Shown: positions 29,963 through 39,712, numbered from the stretch's first letter. The stretch: DNA of 64,000 nt from Longimicrobiales bacterium (GCA_965197725.1 CBDANQ010000053.1:1-64000); one strand, 5' to 3'. Translations and numbers: made by a program. The notes: a model not told the origin generated them from the letters alone.

Positions 29963-31252
29963 ATGCGACACTCGATCCTCGGTTCGCTCCTATCCGCCCT
30001 GGCCGCAGCAGTCGTGCTCACGACCGCGAGCGGCGCGGAGCAGACCGCGGCCCTCCCTGAGTGCGACGCCGGCAACGGCAGCATCCAGCTTCCAGATGGG
30101 TTCTGCGCTGTCGTCGTCGCGGACGGCCTCGGCACGGCGCGGCACCTGGACGTGGCCCCGAACGGCGACATCTTCGTGGCGATCCGTAACCAGCCGAACG
30201 CCCCCGGCGGAATCATCGCCCTGCGCGACACCGACGGAGACGGCCGCGCCGACGTTGAGGAGCGATTCGGCGCCGACGGCGGAACGAGCATACAGCTGCG
30301 CGGCGACTATCTATACTTCGGTCGCGACAACGCGATCGTCCGCCACCCGATGACGCTCGGCGAGCTCGTCCCGCACGGGCCTGCCGAGGTGATCGTGACG
30401 CTACCGGATCAGCAGTCCCATGCGTCCAAGGGCTTCGCCTTCGACGGTGGGGGCGGGATGTACGTGAACGTCGGCGCGCCCGCGAACGCATGTCAGTCGA
30501 AGGATCGCGTGCCTGGAGTCCCTGGCATGGACCCGTGCCCGTTGCTCGAGAATCACGGGGGCGTATGGAAGTTCGACGCGGATCGCCTGGGTCAAACCCA
30601 GGCGTCGGGCACTCGCTACGCGACCGGCATGCGGCAGAACTTCGCCATGGCCTGGCATCCGTTCGCGGCCGGGCTCTACCTGGCTCAGCACGGACGCGAT
30701 CAGCTGAACACGCTGTGGGAGGGCTTCACGGAGGAGCAGAACGCCGAGCTACCGTCAGAGGAGTTCCTGAGGGTGGAAGACGGCTCCAACTTCGGTTGGC
30801 CGTACTGCTACCACGACTGGCAGCAGGGCAAGCGGGTGCTGTCGCCGGAGTACAGTGGCGATGGAATGGAGGTCGGCCGCTGCGGCGAGTTCGATCTCCC
30901 CTTGATTGGCTTCCCGGGCCACTGGGCGCCCAATGCATTGATGTTCTACACGGGCGAGCAATTTCCGGAGAGATACCGGGGAGGTGCGTTCATCGTGTTC
31001 CACGGTTCGTGGAACCGGGCGCCATTGCCCCAGGGCGGGTATAAGGTCGTGTTCGTGCCGTTCGAAGGCAACGCGCCGGCCACGGGCGACTACGAGATCT
31101 TCGCGGACGGCTTCGCCGGGGAGGCGCCCTTGATGAACCGCAACGACGCGGCCTACCGGCCCTCGGGCATTGCCGAGGGACCGGACGGCAGCGTCTACAT
31201 CTCGAACGACAAGACCGGCCGAATCTGGAGAGTGATGTACCCTGGCGCCTGA
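29963..31252 (+). CDS. PQQ-dependent sugar / sorbosone dehydrogenase family beta-propeller protein
   Basis: Signal peptide, LPDGF, YATGMR, HGRDQL, NFGWPYCY, HGSWNR, GPDGSVYISND. Confidence 0.85.
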   Translation: MRHSILGSLLSALAAAVVLTTASGAEQTAALPECDAGNGSIQLPDGFCAVVVADGLGTARHLDVAPNGDIFVAIRNQPNAPGGIIALRDTDGDGRADVEERFGADGGTSIQLRGDYLYFGRDNAIVRHPMTLGELVPHGPAEVIVTLPDQQSHASKGFAFDGGGGMYVNVGAPANACQSKDRVPGVPGMDPCPLLENHGGVWKFDADRLGQTQASGTRYATGMRQNFAMAWHPFAAGLYLAQHGRDQLNTLWEGFTEEQNAELPSEEFLRVEDGSNFGWPYCYHDWQQGKRVLSPEYSGDGMEVGRCGEFDLPLIGFPGHWAPNALMFYTGEQFPERYRGGAFIVFHGSWNRAPLPQGGYKVVFVPFEGNAPATGDYEIFADGFAGEAPLMNRNDAAYRPSGIAEGPDGSVYISNDKTGRIWRVMYPGA

Positions 31253-31298
31253 GCGTTCGGCGACTAAGCCCGCATCAAAGGATAGGACGGCCAACCCG

Positions 31299-31453
31299 AT
31301 GTCCGGTGCGATCACCCGCCTGAATTCAGCCCTTGAAGGCCGCTACCGCATCGAGCGTGCGCTAGGCGAGTGTGGCATGGCTACAGTCTCTACCTGGCCG
31401 ACGACCTCAGGCATGAGCGGAAGGTCGCGCTGAAGGTCCTCAAGCCCGAACTC
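31299..31453 (+). pseudogene. N-terminal remnant of a Ser/Thr protein kinase
   Basis: MSGAITRLNSALEGRYRIERALGECGMATV / frameshift / YLADDLRHERKVALKVLKPEL. Confidence 0.8.
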
Positions 31454-31655
31454 CTAGGTACGTCGGATACTCACCTACTGTGGGCATACGCGAACGCTGG
31501 GCAGAGTGACCGTGCCGTTCAGCTGTTCGCGGGTGGCGAGCGCCGAAGAGTACCCACAACGTCCCAGGAGTGCCACAACTTTCCAAAAGCGTGCTGGGTA
31601 TGAGAAATAAATAACGTAAGAAAATCGAAGTTCAATACCGTCGGAGCGTGGAGAG

Positions 31656-31946
31656 GTGGCAAACGGCGAAAAACGGATCGATCTCAGGAACGCACTGCTG
31701 AACCCTGCGCTTGCATTCCATGGTCCCGAGGATGTGCTTAAACGGGACGAGTTGACTCGCGAACAGAAGATCGAAGTCTTGCGTCGGTGGAAACTCGACG
31801 AGCTACAACTTCAAGTCGCGGACGAAGAGAACATGCGAAGCGAGCAATCCTCGGATATTTTCGACCGCGTGTTGCAAGCGCTCCATGCGCTGAACGCGAG
31901 TCCCAATCTCGAAGATCCACCGTCCACGAAGCACGGCGGCATTTGA
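31656..31946 (+). CDS. Hypothetical protein
   Basis: 96-aa ORF with GGAGAG SD and globular composition. Confidence 0.65.
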   Translation: MANGEKRIDLRNALLNPALAFHGPEDVLKRDELTREQKIEVLRRWKLDELQLQVADEENMRSEQSSDIFDRVLQALHALNASPNLEDPPSTKHGGI

Positions 31947-31992
31947 CTGCAACTGTCGCCGCCAGGCAGCTGAGACCAGGAGAAAGCGCACA

Positions 31993-33009
31993 GTGCTGGA
32001 CACGTTCGGCCGGCCTCTTAAGAGCCTCCGGGTCTCACTGATCGACAAATGCAACCTGCGTTGCCAGTACTGTATGCCCGAGGAGGAGTATGTCTGGTTA
32101 CCCCGCGACGACATCCTCACCGTCGAAGAGATCGGCGATCTCGTCGATGTCTTCAGCGAGCTTGGGGTGGACAAGGTGCGGCTCACAGGAGGCGAGCCGC
32201 TGCTCCGCCGCGAAGTTGTGGATGTGGTGGAGCGCGTAACGGCAAACCCGGATGTTCGTGACCTGAGCATGACCACCAATGGTGTGTTGCTGGCGAAGCA
32301 GGCGGAGTCGCTCCGGAGCGCGGGCCTGGACCGGGTCAGCGTGAGCCTCGATACGCTACGGCCGCAGCGGTTCGAGCAGCTCACGCGCCGCGCCCGTCTC
32401 CCCGAGGTGCTCGAAGGGATCGATGCCGCCGCGGAGGGCGGGTTGAAACCCCTCAAGATCAATACCGTGGTCATGCGCGGGTACAACGACGACGAGCTCA
32501 CTGACTTGATCGACTTCGCTAGAGATCGGGGCGCAGAAGTCCGTTTCATCGAATACATGGACGTGGGCGGTGCAACGCGGTGGACGATGGACATGGTCGT
32601 TTCAAGTAGGGAGATACTGAGCCGGCTGGCGAGGCACTATGGACCGATCGAGCCGCTTCGCAACGATGGCTCGGCCCCGGCGAGCCGCTATGCGCTGCCC
32701 GACGGGACGACATTCGGCATCATCGCCTCGACAACCGAACCATTCTGCCGTGCCTGCGACCGGAGCCGGCTCACTGCCGATGGGATGTGGTTCCTGTGTC
32801 TGTACGGAGCCCACGGGATCGACCTTCGGCGGCCTCTGCGAGAGGGAGCCTCCCAAGACCATATGAGGTCGCTGATCGTGCGCGGTTGGACAAATCGTGC
32901 CGATCGTGGGGCCGAGGATCGGAAGGCGTTGGGCTTGCGAGGCCCTCTCTATCAGATCAAGGCTCTACGTAAAGATCCGCACCGGGAGATGCACACGCGG
33001 GGTGGTTGA
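31993..33009 (+). CDS. moaA: GTP 3',8-cyclase (copy 1)
   Basis: CNLRCQYC, RLTGGEP, RFIEYM, FCRACDRSRL, C-terminal GG. Confidence 0.93.
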   Translation: MLDTFGRPLKSLRVSLIDKCNLRCQYCMPEEEYVWLPRDDILTVEEIGDLVDVFSELGVDKVRLTGGEPLLRREVVDVVERVTANPDVRDLSMTTNGVLLAKQAESLRSAGLDRVSVSLDTLRPQRFEQLTRRARLPEVLEGIDAAAEGGLKPLKINTVVMRGYNDDELTDLIDFARDRGAEVRFIEYMDVGGATRWTMDMVVSSREILSRLARHYGPIEPLRNDGSAPASRYALPDGTTFGIIASTTEPFCRACDRSRLTADGMWFLCLYGAHGIDLRRPLREGASQDHMRSLIVRGWTNRADRGAEDRKALGLRGPLYQIKALRKDPHREMHTRGG

Positions 33010-33228
33010 TGGTGCACCTGTGGGCAGTGCTTGCCCCCCGGTTGAGCGGCGGCCGGTTGCCTGTTCCAGGGAGTGTCCGGCGGAGGTGCGAGGATCGCGC
33101 TGCGGCCGACAGGGGCAATGGCGAGATCTAGGTGGGAAGCCTGCGGACCGGCCAGAGATGCCCTACGCGGCGAAAACGCCGTCTGACGCGCCAGCGTAGA
33201 CATTTCACCGATCCGATGGAGTTAGCGT

Positions 33229-33867
33229 TCACCTCGCCTCGTCAAGCGAGGCGGAGAAGAAGCCGAGCTCACAGCGCATCGCGTAACGGTAGGCCAGAGA
33301 GACCCTGTGCGTGCCCTCGGCTAGCCGGTCGAGCAGCGACTCGAGCTCGGCTGCCAGCGCCTCGAACTCCTCGCTCGAGTAGGTCTCGATCCACTCCCGA
33401 TAGGGGTTCTGGGAGTGATCCTCCCGGGCCAACTCGTGTCCTAAGTATGCATAGAGGCGCATGCAGGGGGTCATCGCCGCCATAATCTCACCGACCTCGG
33501 CCGTCCACGCGGTCCGGAGCAAGAAGTCGGTATAGGCGCGGGTGGCCGGGTGGGGTCGGACCTTCTCCAAATCGATCGCAAAACTCTGAGCGTAGCCCTC
33601 GTGGAGTTTCAGCTCCTCCAGTACGCCGCGCATGAGCCCGTGGAGCCTCTGTGCGACCCCCCGTCTCTCCACTGCTCGAACCGCGCCCAGGGCGTAGGCG
33701 CTGAAAAAGGCCTTCAGGAAGAAAGCGTCCTGAGCCAGATAGTGCTTGAAGACCTCGAGATCCAAGCTACCGTCCCCCAAGCCGCGGACGAACGGATGGG
33801 CCAAACATTCTTCGGCTAGTGCCTGGTTGGCCTGCCATAAGGTCCTGTGGAGCGGTTCGGCGACCAT
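33229..33867 (-). CDS. tenA: TenA family protein, Cys-type (thiamine salvage aminohydrolase)
   Basis: HPFV, YLAQDAFFL, YTDFL, PCMRLY, YREWIETYSS. Confidence 0.88.
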   Translation of the reverse strand: MVAEPLHRTLWQANQALAEECLAHPFVRGLGDGSLDLEVFKHYLAQDAFFLKAFFSAYALGAVRAVERRGVAQRLHGLMRGVLEELKLHEGYAQSFAIDLEKVRPHPATRAYTDFLLRTAWTAEVGEIMAAMTPCMRLYAYLGHELAREDHSQNPYREWIETYSSEEFEALAAELESLLDRLAEGTHRVSLAYRYAMRCELGFFSASLDEAR

Positions 33868-33874
33868 GATCGGT

Positions 33875-34477
33875 TCAGCCTTCCCAAGTCATGCGCCAAA
33901 AATCCCGCTCATGGCGCATCACCTCGTTGAACATCGCTTGCTGACGGGGATGGGGATGCTCGTCCACGAGCCTTGACAGGACGCGCACGTAGGCTTGGAA
34001 GTCCTCATGGGTCCACCGAGCGATAAACTCGGTGTATGGCCCCCGGACCTCGAGACGACCCCACGCGACCGTGTAGGCCACCTCGACGCCGTAGAAGAGT
34101 GCCAGCAGCACCTGGAACGGCTCAGAGTAGCCCGCTGCGATCAGAAAGTCGACGTAGCGCTGGCACGTTGGGTGGAGCTCGGCGCCCAAATTGAGGGACC
34201 TGGCCTGGGCATGCGCCTCGAACCAGTCGAGCTCGTCGTCGAGGGCCGAGAGGCCCGCGATCAAGGCGCTCTGTCCCGGCCTGGGCGTCTTCGAGACCGT
34301 CAGCGACAAAAAGGCGGCAAAGCCTCTCACGAACAGGTAGTCCTGCACGAGCCAGCGGCTGAACGCATCCTCGGGCAGCGAGCCGTCGCCGACCGCATCC
34401 AGGAACTCCGCGCGTGTACCGAGCTCCCAGAGTTCCCCAGCGCCCAAGGCAAGACGCGATTCCTTAAACTCTTTCAC
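33875..34477 (-). CDS. TenA family protein, Glu-type (TenA_E-like)
   Basis: WLVQDYLFV, DELDWF, YGVEVAY (no active-site Cys), HERDFW. Confidence 0.8.
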   Translation of the reverse strand: MKEFKESRLALGAGELWELGTRAEFLDAVGDGSLPEDAFSRWLVQDYLFVRGFAAFLSLTVSKTPRPGQSALIAGLSALDDELDWFEAHAQARSLNLGAELHPTCQRYVDFLIAAGYSEPFQVLLALFYGVEVAYTVAWGRLEVRGPYTEFIARWTHEDFQAYVRVLSRLVDEHPHPRQQAMFNEVMRHERDFWRMTWEG

Positions 34478-34807
34478 CTACGGCCTCCCTCGGGATAGAC
34501 AAGAGTTGGCGACCCGGTGCCCTCCAGACAGAGAGTCTATCCCAAGCACCTTCGCCTGCCCATTGTAAGTTCTGGAAGCTACATTGCTGAGAAGAAGAAT
34601 CATTCTTGAGTAGCGTCCCCGCTGTTGAAGCATCCGAAATGACCGCTGACCACTGACACTCATTGGTTCTATCGGGCGGTTCTGAGGTCGCCTCGGACCG
34701 CGGGACCCGCAGGCAACAGCTAACCGGGGGTCCCCCTACGTCGGACGCTTACTCAAATCTGACGATCGAAGCGGGTCATCGTGCACCGCCATGAGGCATC
34801 CTCGGCA

Positions 34808-36244
34808 ATGAACGTGCTCCTCATCTCCTGCTATGAGCTCGGCCATCAGCCGTTCGGGGTGGCGTCCGCTGGCGCACACCTACTCGCTGGAGACCGCCAT
34901 CAAGTAGAATGCCTCGATCTCGCCGTGGAGGTTCTCGACGAGGCCAAGGTCCGGCGAGCCGACTTTGTGGGGATCTCGACTCCCATGCACACCGCGATCC
35001 GACTCGGCGTCAAAGTCGGTGAGCTGGTCCGGGGGTTGAATCCGCAGTGCCACATCTGCTACTTCGGGCTCTACGCTTCTCTTAACGAGGACTACCTTCT
35101 CGACGGCGTAGCCGACAGCGTGATCGGCGGTGAATTTGAGACGCCGCTCACTCAGCACGTCGACCGCTTGGCGGAAAATGGACCGCCCGTCCCCGGAGGC
35201 GTCTCCCTCGCGGAGCTGCGCGGTCCGCCGAACCTGTCTCGACAGCAGTTTCTCCCACCGGCGCGACATCTACTACCTCCCCTGGAGAAGTATGCCCGCC
35301 TCAGGACCTCCGGGGGAGAGCTCCGGCTTGTGGGACACGTCGAAGCGAGCCGCGGTTGTGCTCACCGGTGCCGCCACTGCCCGATCCCCGCCGTCTATGA
35401 GGGGAGGCTTCGAATAGTTCAGCGGGAAGTCGTGCTCGCCGATATCGACAACCTTGTGCACATCGGTGCGCAGCACATCAACTTTGGTGACCCTGATTTC
35501 CTGAACGGTGTGAAGCACTCACTCGGGATTGTTCGGGAGATGCGTAACCGCCACCCCGACCTGAGCTTCGACTTCACGGCCAAGATCGAGCACCTGATCC
35601 AGCATCGTGACGCGGTCATGGAGCTCGCAGCGCTGGGGTGCGTCTTCGTTCTGTCCGCCGTGGAGAGTGTGGACGACCGTATTCTCCGGTATCTCGACAA
35701 GGGTCACACCCGCGATGACGTGGTTGCTGCCCTGGAGATTACCCGAGCCGCCGAAGTAGCGCTTCGCCCCTCGCTGCTGCCTTTCACACCTTGGACGACG
35801 CTGTCGGGGTATTTGGGGCTGCTCGAGTTCGTGCAGGACCACGATCTGGTGTATCAGCTGGACCCGGTACAGTACTCCATCAGGCTCCTTCTGCCTCCAG
35901 GCTCATGGCTCCTTGACATTCCGGAGATCCAACCCCACGTGGGGAGCCTGGTTCAGGAGGATTTCGTGTACACGTGGCGGCATCCGGATCCCCGTGTGGA
36001 CATGCTACAACGGCAGGTCGCGCGAGTCGCTGAAGAAGCGGCCGGCTCCGGTGAAGACCCGGCGACGACCTTCAACCGGATCAAGGAGCTTGCCCTTTCG
36101 ACTATTCTCGGCCAGCCGACCGTAGCCCGGCTCCGATACCGCCGTCGAAGTGGTAGGCCGCCGCATCTCACTGAAGCGTGGTTCTGCTGAGCTGAGCCGA
36201 CCGAGAGTCAGTTCGGCTCTGTGGCGAGGGGATTGGAAAGCTAG
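34808..36244 (+). CDS. B12-binding-domain radical SAM protein with CUAEP tail (probable selenoprotein; UGA at 36188-36190)
   Basis: ISCYELGHQP, EASRGCAHRCRHC (CxxxCxxC), FGDPDF; ends WFC-UGA-AEPTESQFGSVARGLES-TAG. Confidence 0.85.
36194..36219 (+). promoter_or_regulatory. Candidate bacterial SECIS hairpin
   Basis: GAGCCGA...TCGGCTC stem starting 3 nt after the UGA, apical GAG. Confidence 0.5.
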
Positions 36245-36366
36245 ACGATGCCAAGGACGGGACGGTGCACAGCCCGCGGCGGGCCCCGGCACCCTCTCGC
36301 CGAGTACACATCCTTGTAGAGACGATCGCCCCCATTGTGGAGACTCGCAGGGACCCGGGAGGGCTG

Positions 36367-36637
36367 TTGGACAAAGAGATCCAAGAAGCGGTCAACGAAC
36401 AGATCCGCGCCGAGCTGTACTCTGCGTACACGTACTTGGGCATGTCGGCCCACTTCGCGGAGCAGAGCTTCGATGGGTTCGCGCATTGGATGCGCCACCA
36501 GGCCCAGGAAGAGGTGCAACACGCGATGCGGCTCTACGGCTACCTCCTGGAGCGAGGTGGCCACGTCAACCTGCGGGCCGTGGAAGCGCCGCCGACGAAG
36601 CTGGGCAAGCCGCTGGAGGTCTTCGAGGCCGCCCTAG
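36367..36637 (+). pseudogene. ftnA: Ferritin, truncated at IS insertion
   Basis: NEQIRAELYSAYTYLGM, GFAHWMRHQAQEEVQHAMRL; C-terminal half not recoverable beyond the IS. Confidence 0.85.
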
Positions 36638-38132
36638 CAGACCGTGGATAAAGTCCGGTCATCGCTGTTGTGTTAAATCAGGAGGACACGAGGGTTTTTG
36701 CAGCGAGGACGGCGATGGCGGTAGGCAAGCGGCCCGAGGCTCGGCAGGGCGAGATGTTCGTGGTGGCGAGCGAGATTCGGGCCTTGGACAACCCGTTCTA
36801 CTGGGCCTTGAACGAGCTTCTGGCGAAAAGCGGGTTTGACGAGTTCGCGGAAGAGGCATGCCGTGAGTTCTACGCGGACAATCGGGGTCGCCCGGGGATT
36901 GCTCCCGGGGTGTATTTCCGAATGATGATGGTGGGCTACCTGGAAGGGATCGGCTCGGAGCGGGGCATTGCCTGGCGGTGTGGGGACTCGTTGTCGTTGC
37001 GTGAGTTTCTGGGATACGGGTGGGCGAAGAACCCGCCGGAGCATTCGACCCTGTCGAAGACGCGCAAGCGCCTGAGCGTGGAAGCGCACGCGGCGGTGTT
37101 CGGGCGGGTGCTGGAGCTGCTGAAGGGGTCGGGGTTGCTGAGCGGCAAGACGCTGGGCGTCGACTCGACGACGCTGGAGGCGAATGCGGCGATGCGCACG
37201 ATCGTGCGGCGCGACGACGGGTTGGGCTACGATGAATGGCTGGAGCAGGTGGCCCGGGCGTCGGGGATCGAGACGCCGACGCGCAAGGATCTGACGACGC
37301 TGGACCGGAAGCGTCCGAAGAAGGGCTCGAACAAGGACTGGGTGCATCCGCACGACCCGGAGGCGCGGATCACGAAGATGAAGGACGGCAGGACGCGCCT
37401 GGCGCACAAGTTGGAGCAGGCGGTCGACATGGAGACCGGTGCGCTTGTGGCGGTGACGGTGCAGACGATGGACGGGGGAGATGTGGCGTCGCTGCCCAAC
37501 ACGCTGGACGAGGCAGAGCGGCAGCTGGAAGTAGTGCAGGTAGAGCCCGAGGAAGTGGTGGCCGACAAAGGCTACCACTCGAACAAGACCATGACGGGCG
37601 TGAAGGAGCGGGAGCTGCGCAGCTATGTGAGCGAGCCCAACCGCGGGCGCCGGAAATGGAAGAACAACCGGGACGCGCAGAAGCCGACCTACGACAACCG
37701 CCGCCGGATCCGCGGCAACCGGGGGATGCGGCTGCTGCGCCAGCGCGGCGAGAAGGTGGAGCGGGGGTTTGCGCACTTGCTTGTGACCGGAGGGCTGCGT
37801 CGCGTCCACATACGGGGCCAGGAGGAGATTCGAAAACGGATGTTGATCCACGCGGCGGCCTTCAACCTCGGCCTTCTCATGCGCAAGCGGTTCGGGGTTG
37901 GAACCCCCCGTGCGTTACAGGGCCTCGCTACCGTACAAGCTGCGCTCGTAACTCAGGTTACAACCCGCGTCTCGCGCTTTTTCCGCCGTATTCGGCGCTA
38001 TTTCGCCTGCCTTGGGCCGAATATCGCCTCGTCAGACCCCAAAACCCGCTTCTTGCACAACAACACAGCCCCCGCGTGTCTGCCTTCTCTCCCACCCATC
38101 ATCCGCTGGGAACCTATTTCTTCCACGGACTG
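36638..38132 (+). mobile_element. IS1182-like insertion sequence, 1495 bp
   Basis: Terminal IR CAG(A/T)CCGTGGA; CTAG duplicated at 36634-36637 and 38133-38136. Confidence 0.85.
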
Positions 38133-38136
38133 CTAG
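36715..38136 (+). CDS. DDE transposase (IS1182/IS5-like)
   Basis: GRPGIAP, SERGI, PEHSTLS, VDSTTLEANA, DPEARI, ADKGYHS, VERGFA; stop codon formed by the target TAG. Confidence 0.88.
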   Translation: MAVGKRPEARQGEMFVVASEIRALDNPFYWALNELLAKSGFDEFAEEACREFYADNRGRPGIAPGVYFRMMMVGYLEGIGSERGIAWRCGDSLSLREFLGYGWAKNPPEHSTLSKTRKRLSVEAHAAVFGRVLELLKGSGLLSGKTLGVDSTTLEANAAMRTIVRRDDGLGYDEWLEQVARASGIETPTRKDLTTLDRKRPKKGSNKDWVHPHDPEARITKMKDGRTRLAHKLEQAVDMETGALVAVTVQTMDGGDVASLPNTLDEAERQLEVVQVEPEEVVADKGYHSNKTMTGVKERELRSYVSEPNRGRRKWKNNRDAQKPTYDNRRRIRGNRGMRLLRQRGEKVERGFAHLLVTGGLRRVHIRGQEEIRKRMLIHAAAFNLGLLMRKRFGVGTPRALQGLATVQAALVTQVTTRVSRFFRRIRRYFACLGPNIASSDPKTRFLHNNTAPACLPSLPPIIRWEPISSTDC

Positions 38137-38257
38137 ACAGGGAAGAGGGACCCAGAGACGGCGCTAGCGGTCGTACAACACGGATCGTGACTCCCCGAAT
38201 CGACCTAAAGCCTCTTCAAAGACAGCCTGCGAGACACATTCGAGACACAGTGCCGAA

Positions 38258-38298
38258 AAACGACATAGCGCCGCAGGGCTCGAAAGCCTTGCGGCGCT
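38258..38298 (-). terminator. Terminator-like hairpin downstream of tRNA-Asn
   Basis: AGCGCCGCAAGGCT-TTCG-AGCCCTGCGGCGCT then a T-rich stretch. Confidence 0.65.
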
Positions 38299-38311
38299 TT
38301 CTCTCCCACTA

Positions 38312-38384
38312 CTGGGGCGGGTGGGTTCGAACCACCAACCTCCTGGTTAACAGCCAGGCGCTCTGCCGATTGAGCTACACCCCA
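38312..38384 (-). tRNA. tRNA-Asn(GTT)
   Basis: TGGGGTG acceptor stem, TAGCTCAATCGGCAGAGC D-arm, CCTGG-CTGTTAA-CCAGG anticodon arm, GTTCGAA T-loop. Confidence 0.96.
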
Positions 38385-38482
38385 ATTTGGTCACTTCGTC
38401 GCATAACTGCGCGTTATGCTCACACAGCCGCCTTCAGCTACACGCAGTTCTGTGCAATGTCTTGTGCAAGAACGATCTGGTC

Positions 38483-38680
38483 TCATCCCTGCCTCTCTCT
38501 CAGCTCACCGCCGCCGAGAACGACGTGTAGGATAGTCTCAGCATCGGATTGTTGGTAGACCTTCCTGAGCGTAAGCGAACCCTTCCAGCCTCCCGCCGCA
38601 GCCACATCGGTATCAGATAAGTGCTTCCTTAAATCCGTGGCCCATTTGCGACGGTACGCAAGCCAGAGGCTCCCCCTTGA
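38483..38680 (-). pseudogene. C-terminal remnant of a tyrosine recombinase/integrase
   Basis: GSLWLAYRRKWAT...VAAAGGW...TLRKVYQQ: degenerate HxxR box, GW and catalytic Tyr region. Confidence 0.7.
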
Positions 38681-38755
38681 GCGGCTCCGAAAATCGTTCG
38701 TCCTGCTGCGGGTTCTCACCAACATCGCCTATTGACCCGGTCCTTCTTAATGGTG

Positions 38756-39712
38756 TTAGGAAGCCGGTCCAAACTGCGCCCGCGCCCATTCCACCGTCCT
38801 ATCGGCTCCTTCATCGGGATCTGTTGCGCCAACACCGAACTCGGCGCGGAACCGCGAATCGTCCACTTCGAACGGCGCCTCCCACTGGTGGAGCATCTCA
38901 CCTACCTCGCGGACAATGGGGACGAAGAGACCGATAGCCCTGAGGACGATCGTTGGCATGCCGCGAAGGGCGATGTCCATTCCAAGGACTCTGGCAAACC
39001 GGTCGACTAGCGTACGGCTAGTTTCCGCGGGAGCGCAGGGCAGCATCCATGGACGACCCACAACTTCGTCCGGACCTACCCCAAGCTGCTTGAGGCCTTC
39101 CACGACATCGGGGATAAAATGGTAGGTGTGCGGATTTTCTGGGTTGGGAAGGAACTCCGCTGGTTTGCCCGCTAGAGCAGCAGCCCAGAATCGGTCAGCG
39201 AAGTGGGTTCCCACCCCCCTTGGACCGTAGAAATCGGACGCCCGCCCTGCCACTGCCCTGACGTCCCCACGGTGATGGGCTGCAAAGAGAGCCTCAGCAA
39301 GACGACCTCTGATTTCGCCCTTTCGACTCCGAGGATTGACGGGAGTATCCTCATTGATTGGGCCACCGTCTCCCACGCCCATCATGTAGAGGTTCTCCAG
39401 AACAACCAGGCGTGCCCCGACCGAGCCCGCGGCCGCGATGAGATTCTCGAGGTACTTCGGTAACACCTCTTCCCAAACGCGCGTGCTGTAGGCTGGGTTC
39501 AGGCAGTGGTACACAACCTGCGCGTCGGAAACACACGCCTTGCAGAACGCAGGATCAGTCGCATCGCCGAGGGCTGGCTCCGCCCCGTCAGGGATTCCGG
39601 TGGAGCTCCGCTTCGCGACACGCACCTTTGCCCCAGACCGGAGAAGGGACTCAGCTAGGTGAGAGCCAACCTGACCTGCGCCGAACACGACATGGACGCC
39701 TTCGGTCTCCAT
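38756..39712 (-). CDS. NAD-dependent epimerase/dehydratase family protein
   Basis: VFGAGQVG, YHCLNPAY, ENLYM, KGEIR, RASDFYGP. Confidence 0.88.
   Translation of the reverse strand: METEGVHVVFGAGQVGSHLAESLLRSGAKVRVAKRSSTGIPDGAEPALGDATDPAFCKACVSDAQVVYHCLNPAYSTRVWEEVLPKYLENLIAAAGSVGARLVVLENLYMMGVGDGGPINEDTPVNPRSRKGEIRGRLAEALFAAHHRGDVRAVAGRASDFYGPRGVGTHFADRFWAAALAGKPAEFLPNPENPHTYHFIPDVVEGLKQLGVGPDEVVGRPWMLPCAPAETSRTLVDRFARVLGMDIALRGMPTIVLRAIGLFVPIVREVGEMLHQWEAPFEVDDSRFRAEFGVGATDPDEGADRTVEWARAQFGPAS

Noticed and set aside
34670..34745. Possible TPP riboswitch near tenA (CTGAG and GC hairpins)
   Set aside because: Lacks the CCTGA..TAATG..CG.AGG core and is on the strand opposite tenA
37236..38558. 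440-aa ORF overlapping the transposase and tRNA
   Set aside because: Alternative-frame ORF typical of high-GC DNA
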